A program made the translations under genes and the position numbers. Under the pieces are notes generated by a model that saw nothing but the letters and a program-made list of their open reading frames with translations, did no database searches and was not told the DNA's origin. Shown one piece after another: positions 27,621 through 40,289 of a stretch of DNA of 64,000 nt. Where the stretch lies: contig NC_068987.1 of NCBI RefSeq assembly GCF_001194135.2, forward strand, positions 35,636,651 to 35,700,650, written 5' to 3'. Origin of the DNA: Octopus bimaculoides (Eukaryota). The stretch's first letter is position 1, and the number at the start of each line of letters is the position of its first letter.

Positions 27621-28945
27621 TATCATTCACACACGGTAGTGTGTGAATTATATTCTTAAGGTCAACATTTACTCACACGCGACCACTTCTACGCCTTGTC
27701 ACTAACTCAGGTTTTAACCAAATCAGATAATATCTACATTCTTAGATTCGTCATATCCTAAGCTACATTGTCGGCTACAAAATTTGAAATTTGCTTCGGG
27801 AGAAAACAAGTCAAAATCGGGAGAGTAAAGCTCGAAATCGACTTTGAAACAAAATACTATTTGTAAAGAAATCTACATTTTATTTTAGCTTATATGATAG
27901 ATCTCCGCGAGACAAATCTATCCATGTTAGTTATATGCAAAAATATTCAGTAGAAAAAATTACGCAGGTAAAAACCGGTGAAAATAGATTAACGCCTGAT
28001 ATCGATTTTGTCTCCAAATATTATTCTTATTTTAGAAGATAACTATATTCATATTCAACTTTTCTGATAGATCTCCACTAGAAGAATCCGATGATGCCAA
28101 CTCTCTATATAAAAATAATAGATAAAATATCTACTGCGGCCAAATATGACAAAAAACGTGGTAACGCCTAAAATCAAATTCAAAACATGAACATTTTTTT
28201 TTGGTTTAGTTCATATCATAGAACTCATGAAGACGAGCGTCGTGGTGCTAATCTCCTCACAAAGTATCATTCACACCCGGTAGTGTGTGAATAATATTCT
28301 TAAGGTTAACATTTACTCACTCACAGCCACTCCTTGGCTTTGTCACTGACACAGCTTTTTTAACCATATTAGACGATGTTTACATTTTTAGATTCGGCAC
28401 ATCATAAACTACTTTTCGAGCGAAGAAATCTGAATATTGCTCCAGTAGAAAAAGTATCAGTCAAATATGTGAAGTCACAAACGGAAGAATAACACCTGAA
28501 ATCGACTTTGAGTCGAAATATTTTTGTTTTTAAATAAATCTATAATTTATTTTTACTTATATAACAGGTCTCGACAACAGGAATCTATCCATGCTAGTTA
28601 TATGCAAAAAATATTCAGTACGAAAAAAGTAAACCGGCGAAAAATGGGGGATTAACGCCTGCCATCGAATTTGACTCCAAGTATTCTTCTTCTTTTATGA
28701 GAAAACTATATTGAAATTTAACTGATAGATCTCGACTACAGGAATCTCATGAATGCTAATACTATGAAAAAAAAAATTAGATAAAAATCTTATGGGTCCA
28801 CATGTGCCGAAAAATTTGAGGTAACGCCTTAAATCAAATTGAAAACCTAAACATTTTCTTTTTGTGTAAAAATTTTATGTTTGTTTAGCTCATATGATAC
28901 AACTCATGAAGACAAGTGCCGTAGTGCTAATCCTTTCCAAAAATA
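27621..28945. repeat. Tandem duplication, two ~644-bp units each containing ~160-bp subrepeats
   Basis: Units start TATCATTCACAC.CGGTAGTGTGTGAAT at 27621 and 28265 and are collinear throughout; identity roughly 70% by eye. Confidence 0.9.
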
Positions 28946-29038
28946 TTCAAAATTTTAAAAAATGTTATTCTATAAGCTAAATGTACCGAAGGTACGTAAA
29001 ACAATTTGCAAGTAATATCATAATATATTGCAGTACTA

Positions 29039-29257
29039 AGGCGAAGAGCTGGCAGAGTCGCTAACACGCAGGGTAAAAAACTTCGCGGCACTTCGTCTGT
29101 CTCTATATTGTTAGTTCCAATTCCACCAAGGTCGATTTTCCTTTTATTTTTTCGGTACTTGATAAAATGAATATCAGCAGAGCATGGAAGTCGATGTAAT
29201 CAACATTCATCTCCTCCGGATTTGATGTCCTTCTTGCTAACATTAGAAACCAATATT
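29039..29257 (+). mobile_element. SINE family B, diverged copy
   Basis: GGCGAAGAGCTGGCAGAGTCGCTAACAC…GGTCGATTTTCC…GTCGATGTAATC. Confidence 0.75.
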
Positions 29258-29314
29258 GCAAAATGTTTGTTTAGTTATCTTGCAAAAATCTACTTCATAT
29301 TCATAGAATACACT

Positions 29315-29532
29315 TTATTCTTTTCTACTCTAGGCACAAGGCACAAAATATTGGGGGAGGAGGTCAGTCGATTAGATCGACCCCAGTACGCAACTAGTAC
29401 TTAATTTATCGACCCCGAAAAGATGAAAAGCAATGTCGACCTGGGCAGAATTTAAAATTCAGAATGTAAAGACTGACGAAATACTGCTAAGCATTTCATC
29501 GAGTGTGCTAACGTTTCTACCAGCTCGCTGCT
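29315..29532 (-). mobile_element. SINE family B
   Basis: rc GCAGCGAGCTGGTAGAAACGTTAGCACAC…GTCGATCTAATCGACTG…CCTAGAGTAGAAAAGAATA. Confidence 0.88.
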
Positions 29533-31027
29533 TTAATAAAGTTGGATGCGGCGCTATATGAACTCGGAAATTAAAGAGCCGGAATACATCAATTTTGCCT
29601 GAATATTTAGCGATTCTGCCATTAAATGAATACACTATATTGTAATAAATATTTTTTTTTTACCTATGTACATACATACATACCTGCATACATGCGTACA
29701 TACATACATAAATACAAACATACATGCATACATATTGCAGAAAAATGTTACTGACGTTTAAATTTTAATCCTTTTCACCTAATAAAGATAGGATTTAGAA
29801 GCTGACAGTTTCTTCATGACAGTTGTCAATCACAAAATGAAAGCAATATCAATATACGAGTAGGAAGTTTTATTAAACAAACGAAAGCACAGCATTACGA
29901 CGTCCAAAGGCGTAAGAATTTCTTTAGTTTTCATAAGTTTTTGTTTGCTTTTAAACTTTACTTCAATATTAAGAGTAACGGAGTTGAAATTCTTATTTCA
30001 TAAGATAAATTGACAAGGCTTTTGCATTCAGATAGTATTATTGGATTTTCAGAATAGCAGGATTCAGATGTTTTGTTTTCAAGCAAGTTGACGAGAACAG
30101 TACCTGAATTGTAGGCTTTAATTTTATTTTACATGAATTTCGACCAACAAACTAACTTTGCCCTAACAAATGCAGGTAGTACATACTGGCTATTTTTGTA
30201 TTTTTAAAAATGTTATGTTAGCTATAACTTTACTATTCATATGATCAGATTTCTTTTTATTACATAGTTGATATATTCTCATACTTCTTCTTGCTAGCTC
30301 TTCTTACTATATATAGATATAGCTAATTTATTTCTTGATTTTATAAGGAAATTAGTATTACGTTAATATTCACTATTATATAGAAACTTATTTTTCATAA
30401 TGAATTTGCGCACTTTCTTTTTTGGCGGATTCGTATTATGCACTTTCTTCCAATATAAAAAAAAATGGTATATACAGTGAAGATATAGGATCTAATATTT
30501 TTTTTACAATTATAATTACATTCTCATTATCCTTAAAATTCCACATTATACTAGGTAAATTTGAGATAATTTATTTCCTTTATTATGAGAATCTACAAAA
30601 AGTAAATCATTAAAAGCATGGTACAAGAAATAGTCAAAAATAATTTAAACAATTTTCTTTTTAAAACATGTCTTTCCAAATATACAATCAAAATAGTCAT
30701 TTTATTTAGTTGTAACAAGTACAAACAATAAAATATGAAGTTGTAAATAATATTGCAATTGATTGCTGTAGGATGGTCATTAAATGGTTTCAAATCAAAC
30801 ATATGCTCACTTATTTGTTCCACATTCCAAAAAATTAATCTGACAAATATATCATAAGTAATATGTATTAGTTAGTCTTCATACAGTAGAATTAGCATAA
30901 TTTGTCTTTGGCTAATTCATTACTTCACCTAATTCGTCACTTACAGTTTTCTCGGAGGGATTACTGATTAAACGAATTCTAAAGCATATTTTTAACATGT
31001 GGTATAGGGAATCTGAACGACCCCATG

Positions 31028-31090
31028 ATTGGCTAAGTGAACTATACTAGTTAGTATAAATAAGCAGTCTGCCAAGAGTGTCACATGCGC
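31028..31090 (+). promoter_or_regulatory. Candidate Pol II promoter (inverted CCAAT + TATA)
   Basis: ATTGG at 31028-31032, TATAAATA at 31055-31062, ~220 bp upstream of the ORF1-like ATG at ~31284. Motif match only. Confidence 0.3.
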
Positions 31091-31283
31091 TACTTAGAGT
31101 TTCGGCTGATTATTTATTGTTTGACGTCGTTTTGTTGCAGCTGTTCCCTTTGAGACTGTCTCGTGTTTAAAACCTGTTAGTGTCTTTTGACACGTTGTTC
31201 GCATGAACAGGCTAGGTGTAAATATTGTTCCCCCGTTAGGGGCAATTTGTTTTCATTTTGTGTGGGAATTGTACCCGCTCAAA

Positions 31284-32030
31284 ATGACAAGTGATGTGTA
31301 TGAAATTTTAGAGTTGCTGGAGAGCGTTGACGAAAGTGACTCGGAAGAAAGTGTTGAAGAATATGCAGCAGCAGTTGGTAAAAAGCAAAGAAGATAGAAC
31401 ATCAGACCAGAAGCCGTGCAAAAGTTTCAACCAATTCTGCGAGGAAAGAAAGCAAACGTGAGAGTAACTCCCCGCCCCCCAAAAAGTCACAGAATAAACA
31501 AGAAAATGAACGATAGTTTATAGAACATTATCTCTTAACACAAAGAAGACAGAGATAGCGTATATCGAAGAAATTGAAAATGCCCTAAAACACGATTTGT
31601 TCAAGGTAGCATTCATGAAAAGAGGAAAGAAATTTGGTACCGTGGAGGTACAATTCATGTCAGAATATGACGCCAGGGATGATTCTGCGATCACCCTGCA
31701 GACGAACGACCTGTTTCTTTTACCGTTACAAAAGAACCACGTAAATCGCAATAGAAGGTTATCCACCTGAAATTAGATCGGCGTGGCTGATAGCAGAAGC
31801 GTGGTCGAATTTGAAGGAAGAGGTGACATTGCTGGAGTTCGAGAAAAAAGTAAAGAACTGGTGTGGTGGGTGTCTTCGGGGGACAATTGAAGCCACACCA
31901 GCAGAAATGAGGAAATTCCAGAATTTATTATTCTGCCGGATGAGACAAAACTGAGAGCCTCAATCCAGAGCAGAATCCCAAGATGTTTCGAGTGCGGACT
32001 GACGGAAAACAAGGAAAACGTACCCCCAGA
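31284..32030 (+). mobile_element. Tx1/L1-like ORF1 (gag-like) relic 1
   Basis: MTSDVYEILELLES…IAIEGYPPEIRSAWL…EEIPEFIILPDETKLRASIQSRIPRCFECG (zinc-knuckle start); frameshifted. Confidence 0.65.
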
Positions 32031-32299
32031 CCCTTCAGCATTTATTTTTAACTGTGTCTTTCACCCGACGGGAGAAGGATTCGCACTATTGTCTCTCACG
32101 CGAGAGAATAATTGATTCAAATTCTCTTCTGAGAGAATTAATTTGGAAAAAACTATTTCTCTTACGAAAAAAGAAAATTTGTCAATTGAAATTATTAAAG
32201 AGTGAATGGCTCATCTGCAAACACTCCAAACAAAATATGGCAAGTACAGTTGCCACAGATGTTGCAGCAGTAGTCATGGTACATCAATAAAATATGTTA

Positions 32300-32900
32300 A
32301 GCCCACGATCGGAGTACCAGACATATTATGAAATGTTGACGGTGAACGGAGGCGATATTCGCATCGCCGCACCAAGTGTCGTTGCAACACAAGCGAGGAA
32401 CAAAATAATTGTTTACAATGCAGAAAAATATTGAAACTTTACCGAAGGAGAAAATCGAAAAATGGCTCGGACCTATATGGAAGGATATCACATATGTCTC
32501 GAGTGAAAATGGTTCCTTCAGTAGAGGTACGTCTTGTCATAGTTGAGAAATCTGGAGGACACTTGTGGAGACTTTAAAAACAAATGAGGCGATACTTCTG
32601 CCTTCATATTTGGGACGTAGAACACATGCCCAATAAAAATTGAAGAAGTACTACCAGAGATAGACGTCGCCTGGGTAGTGGCAGCAGTGGGTTTAATATA
32701 CTACAAATTACTCGCTCTGCACCCCCAAAACTGGCTACGTCAGAACCTGGAAGTTCTAACACAGGCGGCACCATGGGATCTGGAAGAGATCCCCGATCCT
32801 TTGCTCGTAGGCGAGGAAGTAATACTAAAAGTTCAAGTCGAGGAGCGGAAAACTGGTTGTTTCGACTGTGGTCAGAAGGCCCACTTATGAGCAAAGTGTG
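32300..32900 (+). mobile_element. Tx1/L1-like ORF1 relic 2
   Basis: LLPSYLGRR…IKIEEVLPEIDVAWVVAA…LEEIPDPLLVGEEVILKVQVEERKTGCFDCGQKAH (C-x2-C-x4-H); homologous to relic 1. Confidence 0.7.
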
Positions 32901-33489
32901 GTACATCCGGGTTGACATCAGTCAGATGCCTGAATTTTAGAAAAAGGGCCTACCTCTGGTGACAGCAATAAAGTAAATAGTATTTTTGTTGATGGATACT
33001 GCGTATTGTTGGAGGATATGCATTTGTTTGCAGAGCTATAGCTGGCAGTCGGGAACTGAATATGTTAGCGCTCGGGCGACAATAGTCCACTTGATGGTGG
33101 GTGTTTCGTCCCGGAGATCACGGAGTGTCCAGAGCAAACGAGTAGAGATCTCTCTGACCCTAGATCTGTACAAGTGCATATACTGAGAGAATTTTCATTT
33201 AAAGACATTAGTTGTCTAACCCGTACATCGCCTAGTAATGCTGTTGTATGGTAAAGGATGAGTCTGTTTACTACAGCCTTTGAGAGGCAGGATTCTTCTA
33301 GAGAGCACACAATGAAGATTCTAAGGTTGCATGTTGTGGTTGGGGGTGCGATTGCATTTTACCGCTGTTGATACGTGAGATGTTAAATATGAAGCTGTCT
33401 ATGCAGGAATAGTACAGCTTGACATTATGAGTGTTGAAGAGTATATATGTAAGTATATATTTATATATAAATATATATGTATATATATA

Positions 33490-33833
33490 TATTTCGTTTT
33501 GGGATTTAGTTTGCAAGATTTTTTATGTGATTTCGTGTGTTGAAGCATATTCTGTTGTGTCTGGGGAGATTCATTTTCTTATTGTGCCTTAAAATTTTAA
33601 CACACTCACCGTTAAAATTTCCACTTATTTATTATTTTTATTTTCCTTAAATTTTCGTTGCGTCTTGCAACCATTTCAATAGTCTTGACTATGTCCGTTA
33701 TTTACGCTGCGTTTTGTTTGTGCTTTTGTTTGTTTTTACTTTTTGTTTTTTTTTTTGCTCAGCGTAAATAACGGACAGAGTCAAGACTATTGAAAAGGTT
33801 GCAAGAAGCAACGGAAATTTTAGGAAAATAAAA
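33490..33833. mobile_element. Long palindromic MITE-like element truncated by gap (N 33834-34653)
   Basis: 33636-33709 and 33760-33833 are ~74-bp inverted repeats with ~5 mismatches around a T-rich 50-nt spacer. Confidence 0.85.
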
Positions 33834-34689
33834 NNNNNNNNNNNNNNNNNNNNNNNNNNNNNNNNNNNNNNNNNNNNNNNNNNNNNNNNNNNNNNNNNNN
33901 NNNNNNNNNNNNNNNNNNNNNNNNNNNNNNNNNNNNNNNNNNNNNNNNNNNNNNNNNNNNNNNNNNNNNNNNNNNNNNNNNNNNNNNNNNNNNNNNNNNN
34001 NNNNNNNNNNNNNNNNNNNNNNNNNNNNNNNNNNNNNNNNNNNNNNNNNNNNNNNNNNNNNNNNNNNNNNNNNNNNNNNNNNNNNNNNNNNNNNNNNNNN
34101 NNNNNNNNNNNNNNNNNNNNNNNNNNNNNNNNNNNNNNNNNNNNNNNNNNNNNNNNNNNNNNNNNNNNNNNNNNNNNNNNNNNNNNNNNNNNNNNNNNNN
34201 NNNNNNNNNNNNNNNNNNNNNNNNNNNNNNNNNNNNNNNNNNNNNNNNNNNNNNNNNNNNNNNNNNNNNNNNNNNNNNNNNNNNNNNNNNNNNNNNNNNN
34301 NNNNNNNNNNNNNNNNNNNNNNNNNNNNNNNNNNNNNNNNNNNNNNNNNNNNNNNNNNNNNNNNNNNNNNNNNNNNNNNNNNNNNNNNNNNNNNNNNNNN
34401 NNNNNNNNNNNNNNNNNNNNNNNNNNNNNNNNNNNNNNNNNNNNNNNNNNNNNNNNNNNNNNNNNNNNNNNNNNNNNNNNNNNNNNNNNNNNNNNNNNNN
34501 NNNNNNNNNNNNNNNNNNNNNNNNNNNNNNNNNNNNNNNNNNNNNNNNNNNNNNNNNNNNNNNNNNNNNNNNNNNNNNNNNNNNNNNNNNNNNNNNNNNN
34601 NNNNNNNNNNNNNNNNNNNNNNNNNNNNNNNNNNNNNNNNNNNNNNNNNNNNNATATATATACATACATACATACATCGTTTGTAAGCC

Positions 34690-34830
34690 GTAAAATATCC
34701 TTAACTAATTTACGTTGTGGGGTTAAAATTCCTCAGTGGTCGACTTTTGGTTTTCACTTTACCTGAGTTTAGAACTGGAGTTCGATCTAATCGACTTACT
34801 CCTTCTTCAAAATCACTGACTTCGTTCCAA
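34690..34830 (+). mobile_element. Very decayed SINE family B-like fragment
   Basis: GGTCGACTTT…GTTCGATCTAATCGACTT motifs shared with family B copies. Confidence 0.5.
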
Positions 34831-36314
34831 AACTTTAAACAGCGGGGTCATACAAAATTAGTTGCTACAGACAACCACAAAACTAACTTCGGCTGTCAAA
34901 CTAGGTGGAGTAACAGATGATCCTCTTTTTTCTTTTATGTGTGTGATAGTCATTTACTCATTATTAAGTTCTAATATTTAAACTGTCCGTTTTATCATTT
35001 ATCGTTCCGAGATCGATCAATTAATTACTGATCAGTTGTGAATCTTATTTTTTTCATCCCATAAAGTTTTACGCTTTTCACTGCGGTTTGAAATTACTCC
35101 TGGCTGTAGACACAATTTTCCAGTGTTCTGGTATAAAAACTATAGTATACATATATGTTTTGTAATGTTATGCATTTATATACTCGACATTACAATGTAA
35201 TTTTTTTGTTGGTATAATACAAATTGTATATCATTTTTAGAAACCTCATCAGACAAATAATTTTATATGTATAATATTTTAAATTATTCAAATATTATTT
35301 TGTATATTGCTTGAATTAACAAAACAAAATTTATATTGAAATATAAAGTCAGTAAAATACACTGTAATTGATCAATTTATTTTCAGATTTCTCCTTCATT
35401 ATTAAACGTACACATATTTACGATGTATTTGTGTATATGCGTTTATGTGAGCGGTTTAAATTTATTTGACATATATGTTTATGTGTATTTATATTATATT
35501 TGTGTGTATGTAGTTAATGTATATAGTTCTCTAATGTTATGGGATTTTGTATATTTATGGGTTTTCTCGTATATTGAATTTATATGTAAAGTTCTTATTT
35601 ATGTGTTCATGTATTTTTACTCTGTATTTGTGTACTTATGTTGTTTTGTATGTTTATGATTTCAAATGTATATTTCCAATAAAACTACAAAACTTATAGC
35701 CTATTTGTATATCGTATATTTTCTACTGTTGTTTAGTACACTCCATTTTAGCTGTTAATCTTTAATAGAAAATCTGCCTATGTATAAATATGTGCAGCAC
35801 CATTGAAATTCCATATATTTATTTCATATTTTATTTGCCAACAGAAAATTCCAATGTAATAAATAAGTCGACTATTAGATGCAACTTCTAATATTCAGTT
35901 TGAAAAGAGAATTCATTTAAAAAAAATATATAATATACCGTTTATAGTTCCTGCTAATACTATTAATTCTGTCTATATTTTTACATAGAATGCTTTGTTG
36001 GTTATACTACTGTGATTGTGTGGAACATTAATTGTGATAAATTGCTACTTATTTCCTCTTATCCATATACGCTATTTCTTAATAATATTTATTATATTGC
36101 ATTTGTTTTGAGAATTGATGTTTCTATGTAATAAATACATTGCTAAGGCAATTAGTAACCAAGTAATGGAAATAATCATTTAAAAATATTTATATCCCAA
36201 TAATAACAAGGAGAAAAGAATAAGAATAATAATAACAACAACAAAAACAACAATGGTACCACTACTACTACTAATAATAATAATAATAATTATTATTATT
36301 ATAGTAACAATAAT

Positions 36315-38640
36315 ATTTTCTTTCTTTATTCATCACTAATGGTTCACAAAAAGCATCGGGAACGGTACAATACAATCCGTGGTTAAGCAAATAGATGCGT
36401 GTAAACAGTGAAAACGATATCAATATAAATTTTAACTGCGAAAAAATTCAAAATGAGGAAAACATCCTAGGACTGCTAGTGGAGCCCCCACAAAACCACA
36501 GTAGAACTGACCATTAGGAGAGCAGACCTCTCCATATCGTTTCCGTTCAATATACTATGGCATACTTAGGGTAAGCCCGATCATTGTTCCCATATACACC
36601 AAGCTTCCAACAAGAATACTGGAAAGCAGCATTTCTCTCTTTAACCTCACCTGGGCTTGGGCAAAGGCAAAGGGTCTTTCTTCAGCACATTCAATCCACT
36701 ACACAAACTCTTTCGCTAAGGCCACCAGACAAATTATCAATGCACTTTCCACTCAAAGGAAAGTGGTGGGACAATCTTTAGAATAAACTTAGCCGATAGG
36801 CGAGTTCGACCTTCCTGTTGTAGTATGTGTTCGATATAAACTCACTTGTTAGCAATGCCCGCGCATTGGGCTGAACACTTTAGTCGCAGAATGGGCAGGA
36901 CATTTTCATCGCTCAGTGCGCATTTCGGGCAAGTCCGGCTTACGGCTCTTCCTTACCAGTAAAATGTATCTAAAATCGACTATGCTCACGATATCACTGA
37001 TCCGACACGAAAGTGGAACGGAAGAGGCCAGCAAGCAGTGTCTCCGAGTAAGTCATCGCAATTGACCGTCGCTAACGACAGGGTGGAATATCCACCAACA
37101 GCATTGCTTAACTGACTGACAAGTGTTTGAGTTTAGCAGCATTTAGGTCTGAAGCATCCTACCTAGCTCTACGCTTATTCCAAAATTGCGGCTCAGTCAA
37201 AGAGATAACCTGCAGAACAGCAACTCTGACGTACAGTGATCATACATGCACATCTTCAACGAAGCGCTGGAGACGTCGTAGCCTCAGCGCATGCCTGCGC
37301 ACCTTCATGTACGGCATGCCCAGTCCTCCACAACAAGGCGCTGAAAACAAAGGGAGCGCCTGAACAGAGGAATGCATTCCTTCGACAGAAAGCGGAAGGG
37401 TATTCACTCCATTTTCATTAGACCTAAAATAGGATAGGGCACAACGTTCTGGAGATAATGTATAACGCGGGTGATGTATGAATTTGCCACCTCTGCCCGG
37501 CCTTTCAAAGACACCTATCTCTAGGCAGATTTCTGGATGTGATTAGTTGTCCTGCTCGTCATATTGTCCCAGTTGCTCCCCACCTGGAGATCAGGACCAC
37601 AGCAGAATCAGAACGATTTAACCTCTGTACAGCGCCACATGACGTTATTGGACGGCATGGACCTGCCACTCCAGTGCTGAGCTGCAGGCCCACTGATTTT
37701 TCTTGGTTAAATTTGGTACCTCTCACTTCCTCGTATAAGTTTAGAGCGGTGCTGGTCAAGTTTATATGGCTCGTTTTCGATAATATAACGGTATCGTCAT
37801 CAGCATATGATGACGCAGTTCTCTCACGTCCTAGTTTATGCGGCAAGCCTTTCAACACTTCCAACTTTGACAGTAGTCCCACTAGAGCACGTACGTACAG
37901 GAGAGAGCAGAGGAATCAACCTTGACATACCAAGCTCATAATGCTGAATGGTTTTGATAAGTAATCACTCACCCGACTTACTCTAATTCAGCCACAGAAA
38001 ACGAACCTGAAAATGGCCTCTAACTATTGGTGGTTGATCCTATCTAGGCTTTTCATTGATCAAAATTGATCAGGGCCTCAACCATGCAAGTTTCGTTACT
38101 CAACCTGTCTATGGTGTATCGCATGAGATGGAGGTTGTTATGCAGAGACGTGTTTGGGATAGCGCATGTCTTCGCCTCACGAATCCGCTCCTCGGCAAGC
38201 CCCAGACTCTTCTGTAACACCTTGGGAAAAAGTTTGAAATTGGCATTCAGAAGCGTTATCGGCCTCAAATTTTCTCATTGACAATCTTTGATTTGGTGCA
38301 TCCTTAACATTGCTACAGCTCCTCAATTCAGGGTACTAAGTATTCTTCCGCACCGCTTCCAATTGTCAAAAGGCCGCTAATTATGTCTAGAGTATTAAAG
38401 TATATTTCATACAGCAGACCGCTCAAACAAGACGTTTTACCCACCATCAGCCCATCATAGTACTCCGTATTTCATTTGCCATAAACAGTCTAGCGAAGTG
38501 CTGAAGAAATGCTGCACACATATGCTCGGGCTCGTAACCACTTTTCTTAGTTTACGGGTATTTGCTCTGAAAACTCTTTATATCTTTCTGTCGCTTATAC
38601 ATTACTAAGCCTAATAGATTGTAATCTAATTGCCTTTTCA
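36315..38640 (-). mobile_element. Tx1/L1-like LINE ORF2 relic (RT, C-terminal Zn knuckle, 3' UTR)
   Basis: GKTSCLSGLLYEIY (cf. GKSPGLDGLPYE), RPITLLNANFK…TCAIPNTSLHNNLHLMRY…ALINFDQ, SSYADDDTVI, KFNQEKSVGL, CPKC knuckle; ends AATAAAGAAAGAAA. Confidence 0.9.
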
Positions 38641-38844
38641 GGAGAAAACACCATTTGTTATTGAAGATTGACCCCGTTGAACAATTCTCTAAACTGTTCT
38701 TTATAAACCTATCTCGTGGGGAGTGACGCTTTCAGTATCCAATTACCTGATACTGTCTACGAAACCTATTTATTCCAACCGTGCTCATCACAAAGTTGTG
38801 GTCTTTGTAGCCGGCGATTTTGGAAAATAAAGAACTTATGCTAT

Positions 38845-39925
38845 TATTATCTACATAGACAGTATATTAGGTAGGATATGGGTAGTTCCCATGAGCATTA
38901 ACTTTTGAATTTCTGCCATTTCGGTATTTCCTGGTATCTGAGCTAGGTAGGAATGAGGCTATTTTGCTATCATCTCTAGGGCACTTATAACGACAGGAAT
39001 TGCTTTAGTCTTGAGGATCCACATTTCACCAATTTCTATTTTAAGGTCTTACTCAGTTTTTGGTAGGTCTTGACAGATATTTTTATGTCGATTGGGACAG
39101 AATATAAGGTGGCATGACTTTTGTTTGCATCCTTTTTCAGTATAATATCTGGCCTATTCGCGTCTATCTTTCTGTCAGTTTGAACGGTGAAGATCCAGAG
39201 GAGTGAGATATGATCACTTTCAAGCACTGGATGTGGCTGTGTTTTCACCATTTGTTATCATGGGACAGGTTCAGGTTTTTGCACATTAACCAGTGAATAT
39301 ACTGTGCTGCTCTATCATGCCTGTGGAGTTAAACTGCAGGCGCAAGAAGATTGCACGTGGAGACAGCATGATCAATGATTTCATATTGTTGTTTACATAC
39401 ACGACATGCTGGGCTACTGCCGTTCTATAATATGTTGGCCTGGTAGTTCCTTGTATATAGGTATTGATCTTGGGCTGCTATGATAAACCCTTCTGTTTCT
39501 GATTTTAAGCCAGGAGACACTGACCATTGATGGGTAATCGCATTGTCAAAATCGGCATTCTTCGCTCTCTTTGGGTATTAGCCATTGAGAGGTTTTTCTT
39601 GCCATTTATCAGTTAGAATGTCTAAGGCAGCGGTTTTAGCACAGGCTTCCATAAACATAGTATTTCTGTGCCTGTTTCCATTACGTCTAATTCTGGGATT
39701 TATTGCATTTGCAAGTCAATTACATATATATTTGCCTGTTTTGTTACTGATTATGATGCTCCACTAGAACCTTTTTCATTCATTGTGCTTGGTTATTTGA
39801 TAAGGTGCGTGTATGACGATTTGAACCAGTAGCTGATTGTTCGTACCCTGTGCAGTTCCTCACTGGGGTACGCGGCGCTCGTTGATCAAGGTGATGGCCG
39901 ATCCTGTTTGCATTTCACTTAGTTA
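38845..39925 (-). mobile_element. R4/Dong-like RLE non-LTR element B (5' end fused to C-terminal Zn/RLE region; RT deleted)
   Basis: 5' block homologous to 42565-42640, then KWQEKPLNG…GLKSETEGFIIAAQDQ…NYQ…CRVC…HRHDR, LLWIFTVQTDRKIDANRPDII, LMGTTHIL stop. Confidence 0.88.
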
Positions 39926-40289
39926 TCATTGGTGCATGACGAGCTTGGAAGTTGACATTAGGTGACTAATCTGTCTGTTTAGGGTTAGTTTTTGAGACAA
40001 CACCACTTCCGAGTCCTCTGAATTAAAACATTGCGCGTAACGTAGCTTATTAAGTGTAGCAGGTCTGTATTCGTCTCAATATCTTTTTGTTGATAGATTT
40101 AGCTCCATCATTGATTTTTGTGGTATCTTTAAACTTATGAATTGTTCACTTTGCCTGTGTTAGTTCGAGAAATAAAAAAATATTGTTTTCTTTTTTTTTT
40201 TGGCTTCGTTTGTGACACGTGCTTGGATATGTGGATATGTGTGTCCTGTCAATTTCACGTAGTTGTGTAAACATTGGGATGTATGTGTA

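Noticed and set aside
27621-28945. CRISPR-like or satellite interpretation of the repeats
   Set aside because: No short identical repeats with unique spacers; eukaryotic context; only two units.
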